61,949 nt of DNA, taken from positions 1-61,949 of the IMG/VR virus record IMGVR_UViG_3300015245_000719; one strand, 5' to 3'. Shown here in pieces: positions 34,000 through 43,188 of this stretch. Both the position numbers and the translations under genes were made by a program. The stretch comes from a virus. Taxonomy: Duplodnaviria; Caudoviricetes. Under the pieces are notes generated by a model that made no database searches, was not told the DNA's origin, and saw only the letters and a list, made by a program, of their open reading frames with translations. The number at the start of each line of letters is the position of its first letter. The stretch's first letter is position 1.

Positions 34000-36770
34000 T
34001 ACTTCTTCTCCGCAGGCTTCCCATCGCCTTCGTGGTTCACCTCGAACTCGATGTTGCCGGTCTGCTTGTTCTTCACGATCTTGCCCGTGCGGCGCCCGCT
34101 ACCGCCCTGCGGATGGACGTGCACGGCGATGTTGAGCGGCTGGCCCGAGGCGCCCGTCTGCTCTTTCGATGCCTGCTCCTGCTTCGCCTGCTGGTCCTTC
34201 AGCTCCTTGGCGTGCTTGTCCTGGAGAGCCTTGCTCTCCTTGTCGGCCTTATCCTTCGCCGCCGTCTCGTCCTTCACGCGCTTTTCCTCCGATGCCTGCT
34301 TTTCCTTAGCCTGCTTGTCGGCGAGCGCCGCCTGGTCCTTGCGCGCTGCCTCGTCCTGTTGGCGCTGCTTCTCCGCGTCCTTCGTCGTGCGGTCGCGCTC
34401 GCCCTTGTGGAAGTCAACCTGCGACTGGAGGGCCGCGAGCTGGTCGGCGGTCTCGCCGGCGGCAGCCGTCGCCTCGATGTTCGCGCCGGCTTGGATGCGC
34501 GCGACCTCGATCTCGGAGGCGCCCTTGTCGGCTGCGCCCTTCGTCTCCGCTGCCGCCTTGATCTCGGCGACCTTGATCTCGGTCTCGGCCTTCTTGTCGA
34601 TCTCGTAGCGCCGGTTCTGAATTTCCTGACGGTTCTTGTTGATCTCCTCGTTGAGGGTGGCCTGGTCGATGCGCGCCTTGTCCTCGACCGCGCGCAGCTT
34701 CGCTTCCATTTCGCCTCGGACCTTGCCGTCCACGCCCAGGGTCGGGATCTCCGCGCGGATGCGCTCGGCCTCCGCCGTCGTCTTGTCGATCTTCGATTGC
34801 TTCTCTGCGAACTCGAGCTGGATGGCCTTCTGCGCGACGGCCGCTTTCTGCTGGTCGGCCTGCGCCTGCTCCGTCGCGCGCTGCTTGTCGGCTGGCGTCA
34901 TCTGCTCGGGCGGTGGCATTTCGCCGTTGATCTTGCGGATGCGCGCGACCAGCTCGTTCTTGCCCGGGAAGTCGGACAGGTCCACCACCGCGTCGAGCAG
35001 CTTGATGGAGATCTGTGGGTCCATCTTCGACACGGCGTCCATGAGCGATTCGTACATGGCCTGCTTCATCGTGTCGCGGAAGTCCTGCTCCGAGACGATG
35101 TAGTCCATCTGCGTCGCCGTGATGTCGTTGAGGCCGCCCTCCTGGTTGATGTCGTGCCACTGGATCGCGCCGCGGTCGCCCGTGATGCGGATCGCCATCG
35201 GCTGATCAATGAACTGCTCGGCAACGGACAAAAGGATCTCGCCAGCGTGCTGCCGCGCCTGGCGGATGTTGTCGAACAGCTCGGCCGAGACGACCGAGCC
35301 CTGCGTCTGCTTGGCCAGCACCGCGCGGCCCGAGATCGCATTGGTGTCGCGCCCAAGATTCTCGGACGTGACCCCTGAAATTTCCTGAATGTGCAGCCCG
35401 TCGTGCTCGACCAGCTTGACCTGCTCTTCGGCGAGCGCAGTCTCCGTGTGGATGTCGAAGCGCGCCTTCGGCGTGTCGAGAAGCAGCTGAGCATCCGGCC
35501 GTGCCACTTCATCGCGCATGGATTCCCAATCCTGGACCGCGTTGCGGTCGGCGATAATGCGGGTCGAGGACAGCAGGAACAGCGCCTTCGAGTAGCGCTT
35601 GTTCAAATCCTCCTGCGGGTCGCGGCAGTTGCGCACCACGCCGTATGGCTCGTGGAACTTGCCCTTGCGGTACGCCCAAAGCGGGATGAACGGGAACCGG
35701 TTGTGGTGGTACGGCGAGCACATGTTCTGCAACAGCGTGTTCTCGCAGAACACCGCGCAGTAGACCTGCATGACCACAGCGTCGTAGACCGAGGCGACGC
35801 CGTCGCTGATCTCGTTGTTCAGCTCGAACATCATCCGCTGGTTCTTCAGGTTCACGATGCGGCCGTGGTGCCTGCCGCCGCTCACCTTCTGCCCCTTCGT
35901 CGGGAGTCGGTACCAGCATTCGACCAGGCGGACGCGCTCGCGCCGGTTGTTGACCTGCGTGCTCACGAAATCGGTGTAGCTCGGGATGCCGAGAGCGTTC
36001 CCGTGCCGGTCGCGGTGCGAGAAGCGCTGCCCGAGGTAGAACTCGTCGTCGTCGTTGGTCGTGAGGTCCGTACTCACGCTCGTCGCGCAGGTCTTGAGCT
36101 CCATCGCGCGGTTCGGGAACATCGCTTGCCCGATGTCGAGGTCGATCCACTTTGACCGGAACACGTAGCGCCAGTCGGAGGTGTCCTTCTTCGTGCCCAG
36201 GGCGTCGTACCACATGTTCCGCCACGACTCCTGGCCGAGGTAGATCGGCATTTCCTGGTTGTCGCCGCGGACTCCGACCTCGATCCAGCCCAGGCCGGAG
36301 ATAAACGCCTCGCGTGAGGCGTCGGAGAAGGCGAATTGACCCTTGGAGACGTCGTTGATGTACTTCATGACGTCTTTCTTCATCTGCGCGCTTGCTTCCT
36401 GCCCCTTCTTGCGCGGCAGCACGTTGAAATCGACGCGCGTGCGCCGCTCCGTGCCGATCAGCCAGTCGATGACGGGCTTGGTCTTGTTGAAAACGAGCGC
36501 GGCCTGCCCTACGTCCTCGAGTGCGCGCCTGTCCTCCGCGGTGAACTGGTCGCCGTGGTAGAAGCACTCGTCAATGTCCATATCCAGGCGCACGAGGGAC
36601 TGCGCCTCGCGTGCTTGGACCCACCACTCCAGGATCTTGCGGAAGATCTCCTGGTTCTGCTCCGACTCCATCGGGTTCTTGGCCGGCCCGGTGTTCGAAG
36701 TGCGCTCGGCGATGAGCGGCTTCGCGGTCTTGGACCAGTCGGGATAGCGAGTGCGGGTAGCGGACGACAT
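33999..36770 (-). CDS. Portal protein (P22-like) with long C-terminal coiled coil
   Basis: FYHGDQF, LVFNKTKP, GLGWIEVG, FPFIP, DPQ.DLNKR.SK, SGRAVLAKQ.QG motifs. Confidence 0.9.
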   Translation of the reverse strand: MSSATRTRYPDWSKTAKPLIAERTSNTGPAKNPMESEQNQEIFRKILEWWVQAREAQSLVRLDMDIDECFYHGDQFTAEDRRALEDVGQAALVFNKTKPVIDWLIGTERRTRVDFNVLPRKKGQEASAQMKKDVMKYINDVSKGQFAFSDASREAFISGLGWIEVGVRGDNQEMPIYLGQESWRNMWYDALGTKKDTSDWRYVFRSKWIDLDIGQAMFPNRAMELKTCATSVSTDLTTNDDDEFYLGQRFSHRDRHGNALGIPSYTDFVSTQVNNRRERVRLVECWYRLPTKGQKVSGGRHHGRIVNLKNQRMMFELNNEISDGVASVYDAVVMQVYCAVFCENTLLQNMCSPYHHNRFPFIPLWAYRKGKFHEPYGVVRNCRDPQEDLNKRYSKALFLLSSTRIIADRNAVQDWESMRDEVARPDAQLLLDTPKARFDIHTETALAEEQVKLVEHDGLHIQEISGVTSENLGRDTNAISGRAVLAKQTQGSVVSAELFDNIRQARQHAGEILLSVAEQFIDQPMAIRITGDRGAIQWHDINQEGGLNDITATQMDYIVSEQDFRDTMKQAMYESLMDAVSKMDPQISIKLLDAVVDLSDFPGKNELVARIRKINGEMPPPEQMTPADKQRATEQAQADQQKAAVAQKAIQLEFAEKQSKIDKTTAEAERIRAEIPTLGVDGKVRGEMEAKLRAVEDKARIDQATLNEEINKNRQEIQNRRYEIDKKAETEIKVAEIKAAAETKGAADKGASEIEVARIQAGANIEATAAAGETADQLAALQSQVDFHKGERDRTTKDAEKQRQQDEAARKDQAALADKQAKEKQASEEKRVKDETAAKDKADKESKALQDKHAKELKDQQAKQEQASKEQTGASGQPLNIAVHVHPQGGSGRRTGKIVKNKQTGNIEFEVNHEGDGKPAEKK

Positions 36771-36778
36771 TTCCGCTC

Positions 36779-37156
36779 CTAGTGCAGCGTGATCAGGCGC
36801 TTGCCGTGGTCAAACTCGGCTTGGAGAGGCGCGCCCAGGCGCTCGAGCTCGGCTTCGGAGGGCTCGGGGGCCATCTTCACCAGGTCCTCAAGGCACTCGA
36901 GGATCACGTCGGCGATGTTCTTGGCCGCCTGGCGCTCGTTGTGCATGCCGAAGTGGTCCGCGATGCGCGCAGACTGCGCGACAAGGAACGGGATCTCGGC
37001 GTACTTCCACGCGGCCGACAGGCAGATGACGAACGCGGACTTCGTTCCGAGGTGCTGGCGCAGCAGGCACATGGCAGGCTCGCCATTCACCCACTGGAAG
37101 GAGACGATGAAGCCCTTGAGTTGCCGCGTTTTCGCGATGAATTTGCGGCTGAGCAT
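36779..37156 (-). CDS. Hypothetical protein between terL and portal
   Basis: 125 aa, co-oriented, fills the gap. Confidence 0.65.
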   Translation of the reverse strand: MLSRKFIAKTRQLKGFIVSFQWVNGEPAMCLLRQHLGTKSAFVICLSAAWKYAEIPFLVAQSARIADHFGMHNERQAAKNIADVILECLEDLVKMAPEPSEAELERLGAPLQAEFDHGKRLITLH

Positions 37157-37187
37157 CCCCTATTGAACCTCGCGCGGCCAATGTGCC

Positions 37188-38609
37188 CTAAACCGTTCGC
37201 CAGTTCCGCCGGGACGGGAGACCGGAGCGCTGCGCCGGTTGGTAGGCGGCGATCTGCATCCCGGTCAGCACGAAGTAGCGCATGCAGTCCATCAGGTGAT
37301 CGCGCTTCTTGACAATCAGCCCCTTCTCGTCGCGGTGGTACAGCGGGAACTCCTGCTGCCAGTTCGGGCACGCCTTGCGGAACACCTTGATACGTCCAGT
37401 CGAGAGCCGGCTCCAGGTCTCGTGGATGCCGGCGTCCACCGCGTTGTTGGCGTTCACGAGGTTCATGCCCTCGCCCTGGTAGACGGTCATCAGCTGCTCG
37501 CCGTCCTTCTGGCTCCGGCCGTTCGCGCTCGGGTCGATGCAGCCCGGGATCCACACCCCGCGCGCCTTGACCGCGCTCGCGTGCAGCGGCGGCTCCTTCT
37601 GGCCCTCGTAATACTCGGAGTAGAAGTAGATCGTGTCCGACTCCTGGTCGATCGCGCCCCACAGCGCCGCGGTTTTCTTCCAGCCAACGTCGAAGGCGAA
37701 CGCCTTGCGCCAGGCGCGCGGGACCGGGAAGTCGTCCACCAGGACCTCGTCCATGATGACCGGGAAGATGCGGCCCGACCCGATCACCGGGATGCCCTTC
37801 GAGCGCGCGTCGCGCTCCGCCGGCGTGTATGACTTCCACATTTCGTCCTTCATACGCTCGGTCAGGTGCGGCACGTCGTCCCACGTGATGCCGAGAAGGA
37901 ACTTGTGGTCAGGCAGCGGCTTCTCCATGAACGCGAAGATGACATCCCCGATGCCGCGAAGTGGCGTGAACGTGCACATGATCATGCCGTTCACCGTCAT
38001 GGTCCGAGTCAAGCACTCCGAGTAGATGTCCTGCGGCGGCTCTTCGTCCAACCAGATCAAGTCCTGCTCTGTGCCCTGGAAGGACTCGCGCTTCTGGTCG
38101 TAGGACTTGAAGGTCAGGTACGAGAGACCCCCGGAGACGTGGCGCACGACCACCTGGTCAACGGCCTCCGCGACGTTCCGCTTGGGCGTGTACCGGACAA
38201 TGTGCTCCGCGCGAATGAGCCCGGTACCGAAGCTGCCCCACTCGCCAAGGAGCTTCTTCTGCAAGATGTCGCGCACGGTTAGGGATGTGTCGCCCGCGCA
38301 CCACGCCTTGATCGGGCGCTTGAACACGCGCCCGGGCCACCACTTCGGGTAGACGCCGGTCAGGTGGCACGCGGTCTCGTAGCCGCCGATGCCCTCGGTC
38401 TTGCCGACGCGGTTGGCCGCCATGGCCATGCGCTCGAGCTTCGAGGTGCCAGCGGTGAAGAACTCCAGCGACTTCGGGTAGAGCTCCCGGCGCAGCGGTC
38501 CCTCGTCCGGGTAGTACCAGTCGATGCGGTTGGTCTTGCGGCGCCGGATGGCCTCCTGCAAAAACAGGGCCTCCTGCGCCTTCGGCGAAAGGTCTGCGAT
38601 CAGGCTCAT
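37188..38609 (-). CDS. terL: Terminase large subunit
   Basis: Walker A AANRVGKT, Walker B IWLDEEP, motif III TFTP, nuclease FDVG...DHLMDCMRY. Confidence 0.95.
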   Translation of the reverse strand: MSLIADLSPKAQEALFLQEAIRRRKTNRIDWYYPDEGPLRRELYPKSLEFFTAGTSKLERMAMAANRVGKTEGIGGYETACHLTGVYPKWWPGRVFKRPIKAWCAGDTSLTVRDILQKKLLGEWGSFGTGLIRAEHIVRYTPKRNVAEAVDQVVVRHVSGGLSYLTFKSYDQKRESFQGTEQDLIWLDEEPPQDIYSECLTRTMTVNGMIMCTFTPLRGIGDVIFAFMEKPLPDHKFLLGITWDDVPHLTERMKDEMWKSYTPAERDARSKGIPVIGSGRIFPVIMDEVLVDDFPVPRAWRKAFAFDVGWKKTAALWGAIDQESDTIYFYSEYYEGQKEPPLHASAVKARGVWIPGCIDPSANGRSQKDGEQLMTVYQGEGMNLVNANNAVDAGIHETWSRLSTGRIKVFRKACPNWQQEFPLYHRDEKGLIVKKRDHLMDCMRYFVLTGMQIAAYQPAQRSGLPSRRNWRTV

Positions 38610-38610
38610 G

Positions 38611-38796
38611 TCAGTGGAGGAGCGGGTCCTCGTCGAGCTCGCCGAAGAGCGGGACCGGATCGTTTGCGTCGGTGTCGAGCCAGGAGATCACCCCGCACTC
38701 GCTCGGGTGCTGGTTGCAGCTCTTCCCGAGCTCGAGCAGGTCGCTGAAGCTGTTGCAGGTCTCCCCGCACTGGTCGCACTTGCAGGGGAATTTCAT
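38611..38796 (-). CDS. Small Cys-rich protein
   Basis: 61 aa, MKFPCKCDQCG..., TGATG coupling to the upstream gene. Confidence 0.55.
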   Translation of the reverse strand: MKFPCKCDQCGETCNSFSDLLELGKSCNQHPSECGVISWLDTDANDPVPLFGELDEDPLLH

Positions 38797-39224
38797 CAGC
38801 CCTGCCCCAGGCTCAAGGCGAGCGTTGTCGGCTTGTGGAGGATCGCGTCGCGCGCGCCGCTCATGGAAATCATCTTTCCGTATAGCGGCGAGCACAGCCG
38901 CCCGGCGACGGCGTTCAGGAACCTCGCGCGGGCGTTGCGATCTATGTTCCGCCTGCAAAACGCCTGATACTCGGCGCGGTGCGCTGGAATCTCTTCGGCG
39001 AGACGGAAATTCGGGTCCGCGATGTAGCGGCGCCACCAGATAGTCGGCTCCCCGCGCTGGCGCCATCCGTGCACTTTCTCGTGAGCCATCAGGTCGAGCG
39101 AAATATCCGCGTCCTCGGGGTTGTAGATCGTGTCGTCCCAAGCGAAGATGACCGGCTGCCCGGCAACGTGGAACTCGGCGTCGATCTCCTTCCACAGTGG
39201 GGGCCTGGCGATGACGATCTTCAT
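38796..39224 (-). CDS. Zincin-like metallopeptidase-fold protein
   Basis: 142 aa from ATG 39224; AHEKVH...EEIPAH (HExxH plus distal Glu). Confidence 0.65.
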   Translation of the reverse strand: MKIVIARPPLWKEIDAEFHVAGQPVIFAWDDTIYNPEDADISLDLMAHEKVHGWRQRGEPTIWWRRYIADPNFRLAEEIPAHRAEYQAFCRRNIDRNARARFLNAVAGRLCSPLYGKMISMSGARDAILHKPTTLALSLGQG

Positions 39225-39397
39225 CAGCGGTCCAGGAAGGTGATCCAATAGCCGTGGCTGAGCAGGTCGTGCCGGTTGACCTGGCCACTGTCGTTTTCGA
39301 CAAGCGCCTCGCCATTGAAAATGGCGAGGCACACTCCTTCGTAGCCCCACGAGCTCGACTGGATCTTGCACGGGCGCGGGAATGGAATGGCGTTCAT
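39224..39397 (-). CDS. Small hypothetical protein (57 aa)
   Basis: Read manually (MNAIPFPRPCKIQ...WITFLDR); TGATG coupling. Confidence 0.5.
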   Translation of the reverse strand: MNAIPFPRPCKIQSSSWGYEGVCLAIFNGEALVENDSGQVNRHDLLSHGYWITFLDR

Positions 39398-39428
39398 TCG
39401 TCGGCCCCGTCCATGCGGCGTCCGGTGT

Positions 39429-39788
39429 TCATATCAGGTAGATCGGAGCGAGGACACCGAAGCAGGTGAACGCAGCCCCGGTCCAGTCCTGCTCCGCGCC
39501 CTTGGGGTCGGGGCCTGCGTTCCAGAGGAAGTAGCCGATGAACATCGGCACCGGAAGCCAGAACCACGCGCCGTAGGCGACCATGACCGCGGCGGTGACG
39601 CCCTGGCACCCGACGGCCGCGACGTGCCCGGCAGTCTCCTTCGTGTTCGGGTCCCGGACCGGAGCCGTGTACGGCGTCTCGAGTACGGGGTGGTCCTGGA
39701 AGCCCGGATGCATCGTGTCGTTCGCCGCGCGCGCGGGCAGCACGAAGAGCAGCAGAGCTACGACGAGGCTAGTGCAAAGAGCCCTCAT
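39429..39788 (-). CDS. Membrane protein with signal peptide
   Basis: AAGGAGA SD; signal ending ARA; two or more hydrophobic segments. Confidence 0.65.
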   Translation of the reverse strand: MRALCTSLVVALLLFVLPARAANDTMHPGFQDHPVLETPYTAPVRDPNTKETAGHVAAVGCQGVTAAVMVAYGAWFWLPVPMFIGYFLWNAGPDPKGAEQDWTGAAFTCFGVLAPIYLI

Positions 39789-40389
39789 GTGTTTCTCCTT
39801 GTTGTTGTTTTTCTGCGGAGACTTTCTCGGGCAGCGCGAACACGCCGTCCGGTCCCGGGATGAGGTCGATGGACGCCCGCTCGTCGATGAGCCGCTTGAT
39901 GCGGTTGTCCAGCTCCTCGTTGGTGAGGCCCTTCAGCTCGTGCTCGATGGTGATGCGCTTCTCGTCGGTGAACATGGCGTGCCGGCGGCCCAGGAGCTCG
40001 AGGGCCTTGTTCGCGCCCTGCGCGTTGAACTCCCACTCCCCTGTCGGCATGTTCTCGACCTTACCGGTCTCGGGATTCAGGCGCCGCTCGAACACAGGCT
40101 CCTTCTGCATGCACCGCTCGACCACCTCGACCAGGCGCTCCTCGACGTACTTGGCGCTTGAGACCGCGCGCCGGGACAGCTCGGCGAGCCGCGTGTCGAT
40201 CGCCGTGGCGATCTCCGGGACGCGGAGCATGCGCGCCCCGACCGTGCTGGCGGTCTCCTCGCTCCAGGTGCCGACGCGCCGCACTGCCGCCGCGGCGTCG
40301 AGGTCAACGGTGTACTCCTCGACGAAGCGCAGCTCCTTGTCCGTGAGGACCCGCTGAAATCCGGTGGTCAGGTCGCCGGGTTTAGGCAC
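39769..40389 (-). CDS. terS: Terminase small subunit
   Basis: GTG start with GGAGG SD; LTDKELRFVEEY.VDLDA..A.RR.G HTH and ANKALELLGR..AMFTD. Confidence 0.88.
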   Translation of the reverse strand: MPKPGDLTTGFQRVLTDKELRFVEEYTVDLDAAAAVRRVGTWSEETASTVGARMLRVPEIATAIDTRLAELSRRAVSSAKYVEERLVEVVERCMQKEPVFERRLNPETGKVENMPTGEWEFNAQGANKALELLGRRHAMFTDEKRITIEHELKGLTNEELDNRIKRLIDERASIDLIPGPDGVFALPEKVSAEKQQQGETHEGSLH

Positions 40390-40700
40390 GCGGAACCCCT
40401 CCGGAAAAAAGCCGCCGGAAAAAAGAGACGACCCGCCGAAAAAAAATCCCGCGTGGGACTGACACCCCATCGTGGGGTACCCGGAGAGATTTTCCCTTCA
40501 GACCCCTAGCCCCCACCCCCCACCCACCCCGCCCTCGCTCTTGACCGCGCGCGCGCTCGGGCAGTAGGAAACCTGCGAGCCGGAGCTGCGTGCGTGCCTC
40601 GGGCTGTCGAGTTGTAGATTTCGATGTCGGCATACGTTTCAACAAGTCTTTCGGCAAGGCTCTCCCGGCACCGCGCGCAAGTCGTTGACCTGCATCGCGT

Positions 40701-40726
40701 GTTGTAGAAATACACATTTCTACAAC
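40701..40726. repeat. Perfect 11-bp inverted repeat GTTGTAGAAAT-acac-ATTTCTACAAC
   Basis: Seen directly; related half-sites at 40611-40620 and 40950-40959. Confidence 0.8.
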
Positions 40727-40945
40727 TTGAGGCCGAATAGTCACTTTTGCACCACTTTGGGGCATCCAGAACACGCTAGGCGCCTCGATCCCACCTCGGT
40801 TGATACCCCGGCACGAGGCACCTATGCATAGAAGTCGCACATCCAGACGCACGCGGAGGCGAGGCAGGAGCGACCTAAAACCGTCAGTTTCATAGGCCGA
40901 GCGTGGCAGAGTTGGCAGGGTGACGCAATTTATTTCAATCCACTA

Positions 40946-40975
40946 TTGCATTTCTACAAGTCATTGGTATATCAT
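40946..40975 (+). promoter_or_regulatory. Early sigma70-like promoter TTGCAT-18-TATCAT
   Basis: AT-rich upstream tract; lies just before the first early gene. Confidence 0.6.
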
Positions 40976-41019
40976 TTTCGCATAGGCCGAGCCATCCACC
41001 ACTGCACAAGGAGACGCAC

Positions 41020-41157
41020 ATGAAAGACACGATCTGGCTGGACACGGACGGGCAAGACGAGCGTGATGATCTGCATAGCGCGCGAGGCATCATCAACGCG
41101 CTCGCCGTTAGCGTGGTCTTGTGGTTGCTGATGTACGCACTCACGGCGTTGCACTGA
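41020..41157 (+). CDS. Small single-TM early protein (45 aa)
   Basis: AAGGAG SD; read manually. Confidence 0.6.
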   Translation: MKDTIWLDTDGQDERDDLHSARGIINALAVSVVLWLLMYALTALH

Positions 41158-41166
41158 GAGCGCGCC

Positions 41167-41382
41167 ATGGCAATGCTCACACACTTGCGCGCACGTGGTT
41201 TCGATCTCTCGAAGCACGTGCCATTCACGAAACTCTACAACGTGCGCTGCTCCTCCTGCGTCGCGATGGTCATCAACAGCACCGCGACGCACGAACGCGG
41301 TTGCCCCAACGCGATGTCGGAGTGCAACGGCTGCAACGCACTCATCCCGACCAATCAACGCTACTGCGCGGAGTGCCAATGA
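41167..41382 (+). CDS. Zn-finger early protein
   Basis: CSSC...HERGC...CNGC...CAEC. Confidence 0.65.
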   Translation: MAMLTHLRARGFDLSKHVPFTKLYNVRCSSCVAMVINSTATHERGCPNAMSECNGCNALIPTNQRYCAECQ

Positions 41383-41401
41383 CAACATTGGGAGAGATCA
41401 G

Positions 41402-41680
41402 ATGAACACGAAACATACGCAAGGACCGTGGATTGTGGACACGCAAGCCAAAACTATCTACAGCCCCTCAGAAGATACGACGGTCGCAAGCGTCGGAGAA
41501 GCTGATTCGCACGGAGCTTTCCCGGAAGCTGATGCCCGCCTGCTCGCTGCCGCGCCCGAGTTGCTCGCCGCATTGCAATGGGCAATCGACGAACTGTGCG
41601 AGGCATGGGATGAACCGCGCGAGAAAGCTATCCCTGCCCATGTACTCGCCGCCATCGCCAAGGCGACGGAGCGCGCATGA
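41402..41680 (+). CDS. Early protein, TPGPW...ANARLIAAAPELL family
   Basis: GGGAGA SD; HTQGPW and ADARLLAAAPELL. Confidence 0.75.
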   Translation: MNTKHTQGPWIVDTQAKTIYSPSEDTTVASVGEADSHGAFPEADARLLAAAPELLAALQWAIDELCEAWDEPREKAIPAHVLAAIAKATERA

Positions 41681-42021
41681 CCACTTACAACGACGACACC
41701 AACACGACCATGCCGGAGTGGATTGCAGCGCGCGCGTTGACTTGGGTGCGCACGCACTACGTCGCATACGTCACATCTGGCAGCGAGATCGTTGCGCAAG
41801 TGTGGCGCACGGGACTCGACCGTGGACTGACTTCTAAGCAGCGCGACGAGGAAACGCTCGCGAACGCGCACCTGATAGCAGCAGCGCGCGAGTTGCGCAG
41901 CGCGCTTCGGGTGATGGTGAATCACGCGCAGGAGACGTATCCGCACTTCGAGAGCGAGCGTGGACAGCGCGACATCGCAGCAGCGATTGCTGCGCTCCGC
42001 AAGTCGGAGGACGGCCAGTGA
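41677..42021 (+). CDS. Early protein with ANAHLIAAA motif
   Basis: ATGA coupling; shared motif. Confidence 0.7.
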   Translation: MTTYNDDTNTTMPEWIAARALTWVRTHYVAYVTSGSEIVAQVWRTGLDRGLTSKQRDEETLANAHLIAAARELRSALRVMVNHAQETYPHFESERGQRDIAAAIAALRKSEDGQ

Positions 42022-42317
42022 ACGGCTACACACCGGGACCGTGGAAGGTCAGCGCATTGGGCAGTGGGTTGCTGATAGAGAACGCAGCGGGCTACGTGAT
42101 CGCAAGGATTTCCGTACTACTCGCATATCGGAGACAGCATCGAGCCAACGCTCGCCTGATCGCGGCCGCACCGGAGTTGCTCCAAGCGCTGCAATCCTTG
42201 TCCGAGTACGTCTACCGCGACATGGAAAGCAATGCGCCGAATTGGGCGCCCATGGACGTGCCTGAATACGCCGCAGCGAGCGCTGCCCTCGCCAAAGCCA
42301 AGTGGGGAGCCGCGTGA
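42018..42317 (+). CDS. Early protein, TPGPW...ANARLIAAAPELL family
   Basis: GTGA coupling; YTPGPW and ANARLIAAAPELL. Confidence 0.75.
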   Translation: MNGYTPGPWKVSALGSGLLIENAAGYVIARISVLLAYRRQHRANARLIAAAPELLQALQSLSEYVYRDMESNAPNWAPMDVPEYAAASAALAKAKWGAA

Positions 42318-42487
42318 ACAACTGCGCATGGTTCGCCCTCTGCCGTAGCGCCGCGACCACCACGCGACCACACCCGATCCTTGGGAATGTTCCCATCTGC
42401 ACGCGATGCAACTCGAAGATGGATCGCATCGAGGCGATGCCGCGCGCGACTGCCACACCCGAAGTCAACCACAGGAGACCAGCATGA
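42314..42487 (+). CDS. Small Zn-binding protein
   Basis: C.WFALC...HPILG.VPIC.RC; GTGA coupling. Confidence 0.6.
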   Translation: MNNCAWFALCRSAATTTRPHPILGNVPICTRCNSKMDRIEAMPRATATPEVNHRRPA

Positions 42488-42915
42488 AACGCACGCTTAT
42501 CGAATCCCTCAAGCACGTCCGCGACCAAGCACGCGCCGACAAACTCGGCGCGATGGGGCGCGGAGGCTGCGTCTACGAGGACCGCGACACGGGACGCCAC
42601 TGCGGCATCGGCTGCCTCATGCCACGCGACCTTCTCGACAGGATTCACGCCGCTGACGTGAACCTACTCCCCCTCACTGTCCTCGTGTTCGAGGACCTGG
42701 GGATCGCCGACTTCCTGCGCGACAACGGCCTCACCAAACTCGAAGCGAAGGCCGTCCAGCAGGCGCACGACAAGGAAGCACTCGCAGACAAGGACGACGG
42801 CGGGAACCGCGTAGCCACGACCTTCCCCGACGAACTCGACGGTGTGATCGCCGAACTCGAACGCCAAGGCAGTACGCACTACCGCGACACCTTTTTCTCA
42901 ACCACCTGCGCATAG
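42484..42915 (+). CDS. Early protein with CxY...CxIGC motif (paralog 1)
   Basis: CAGGAG SD; GCVYED...HCGIGCL...QQAHD. Confidence 0.7.
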   Translation: MKRTLIESLKHVRDQARADKLGAMGRGGCVYEDRDTGRHCGIGCLMPRDLLDRIHAADVNLLPLTVLVFEDLGIADFLRDNGLTKLEAKAVQQAHDKEALADKDDGGNRVATTFPDELDGVIAELERQGSTHYRDTFFSTTCA

Positions 42916-42939
42916 CGGGTAACGAAAGGAGCAGGAGCA

Positions 42940-43110
42940 ATGCAGAACATCGACATCAAGATCAACGGCAACCTCGCCACGCTCACCATCGACCTCAGCA
43001 AGAACTTAGGGCCGAGCAAGAGCGGCAAGTCCACGATCATCGCCACCACCGGGGGCAACGTGACGATTCCGGGGACGAGCGTGAAGTTGGGACTCAACGC
43101 CTACAAGTAG
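42940..43110 (+). CDS. Small beta protein with SKSGK motif (56 aa)
   Basis: Double AGGAG SD; IDLSKNLGPSKSGKSTIIATTGGN; read manually. Confidence 0.75.
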   Translation: MQNIDIKINGNLATLTIDLSKNLGPSKSGKSTIIATTGGNVTIPGTSVKLGLNAYK

Positions 43111-43166
43111 GGACCCATTCCTCAAGCGCGCCCTTTGAAAGGAGGGGCGCTTACGAAATGAGTCCC
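43110..43166 (+). other. Long GAAA-capped hairpin, possible RNase III site
   Basis: GGGACCCATT..AAGCGC.CCCTTT-gaaa-GGAGGG-GCGCTT..AATGAGTCCC; no U tract. Confidence 0.55.
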
Positions 43167-43188
43167 ACCCACTGAAAGGAGAACGGCA

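Noticed and set aside
40611-40960. Resemblance of ATTTCTAC and GTTGTAGAT to the Cas12a repeat
   Set aside because: Halves are in the wrong order, spacing is irregular and there is no cas gene; better read as an operator.
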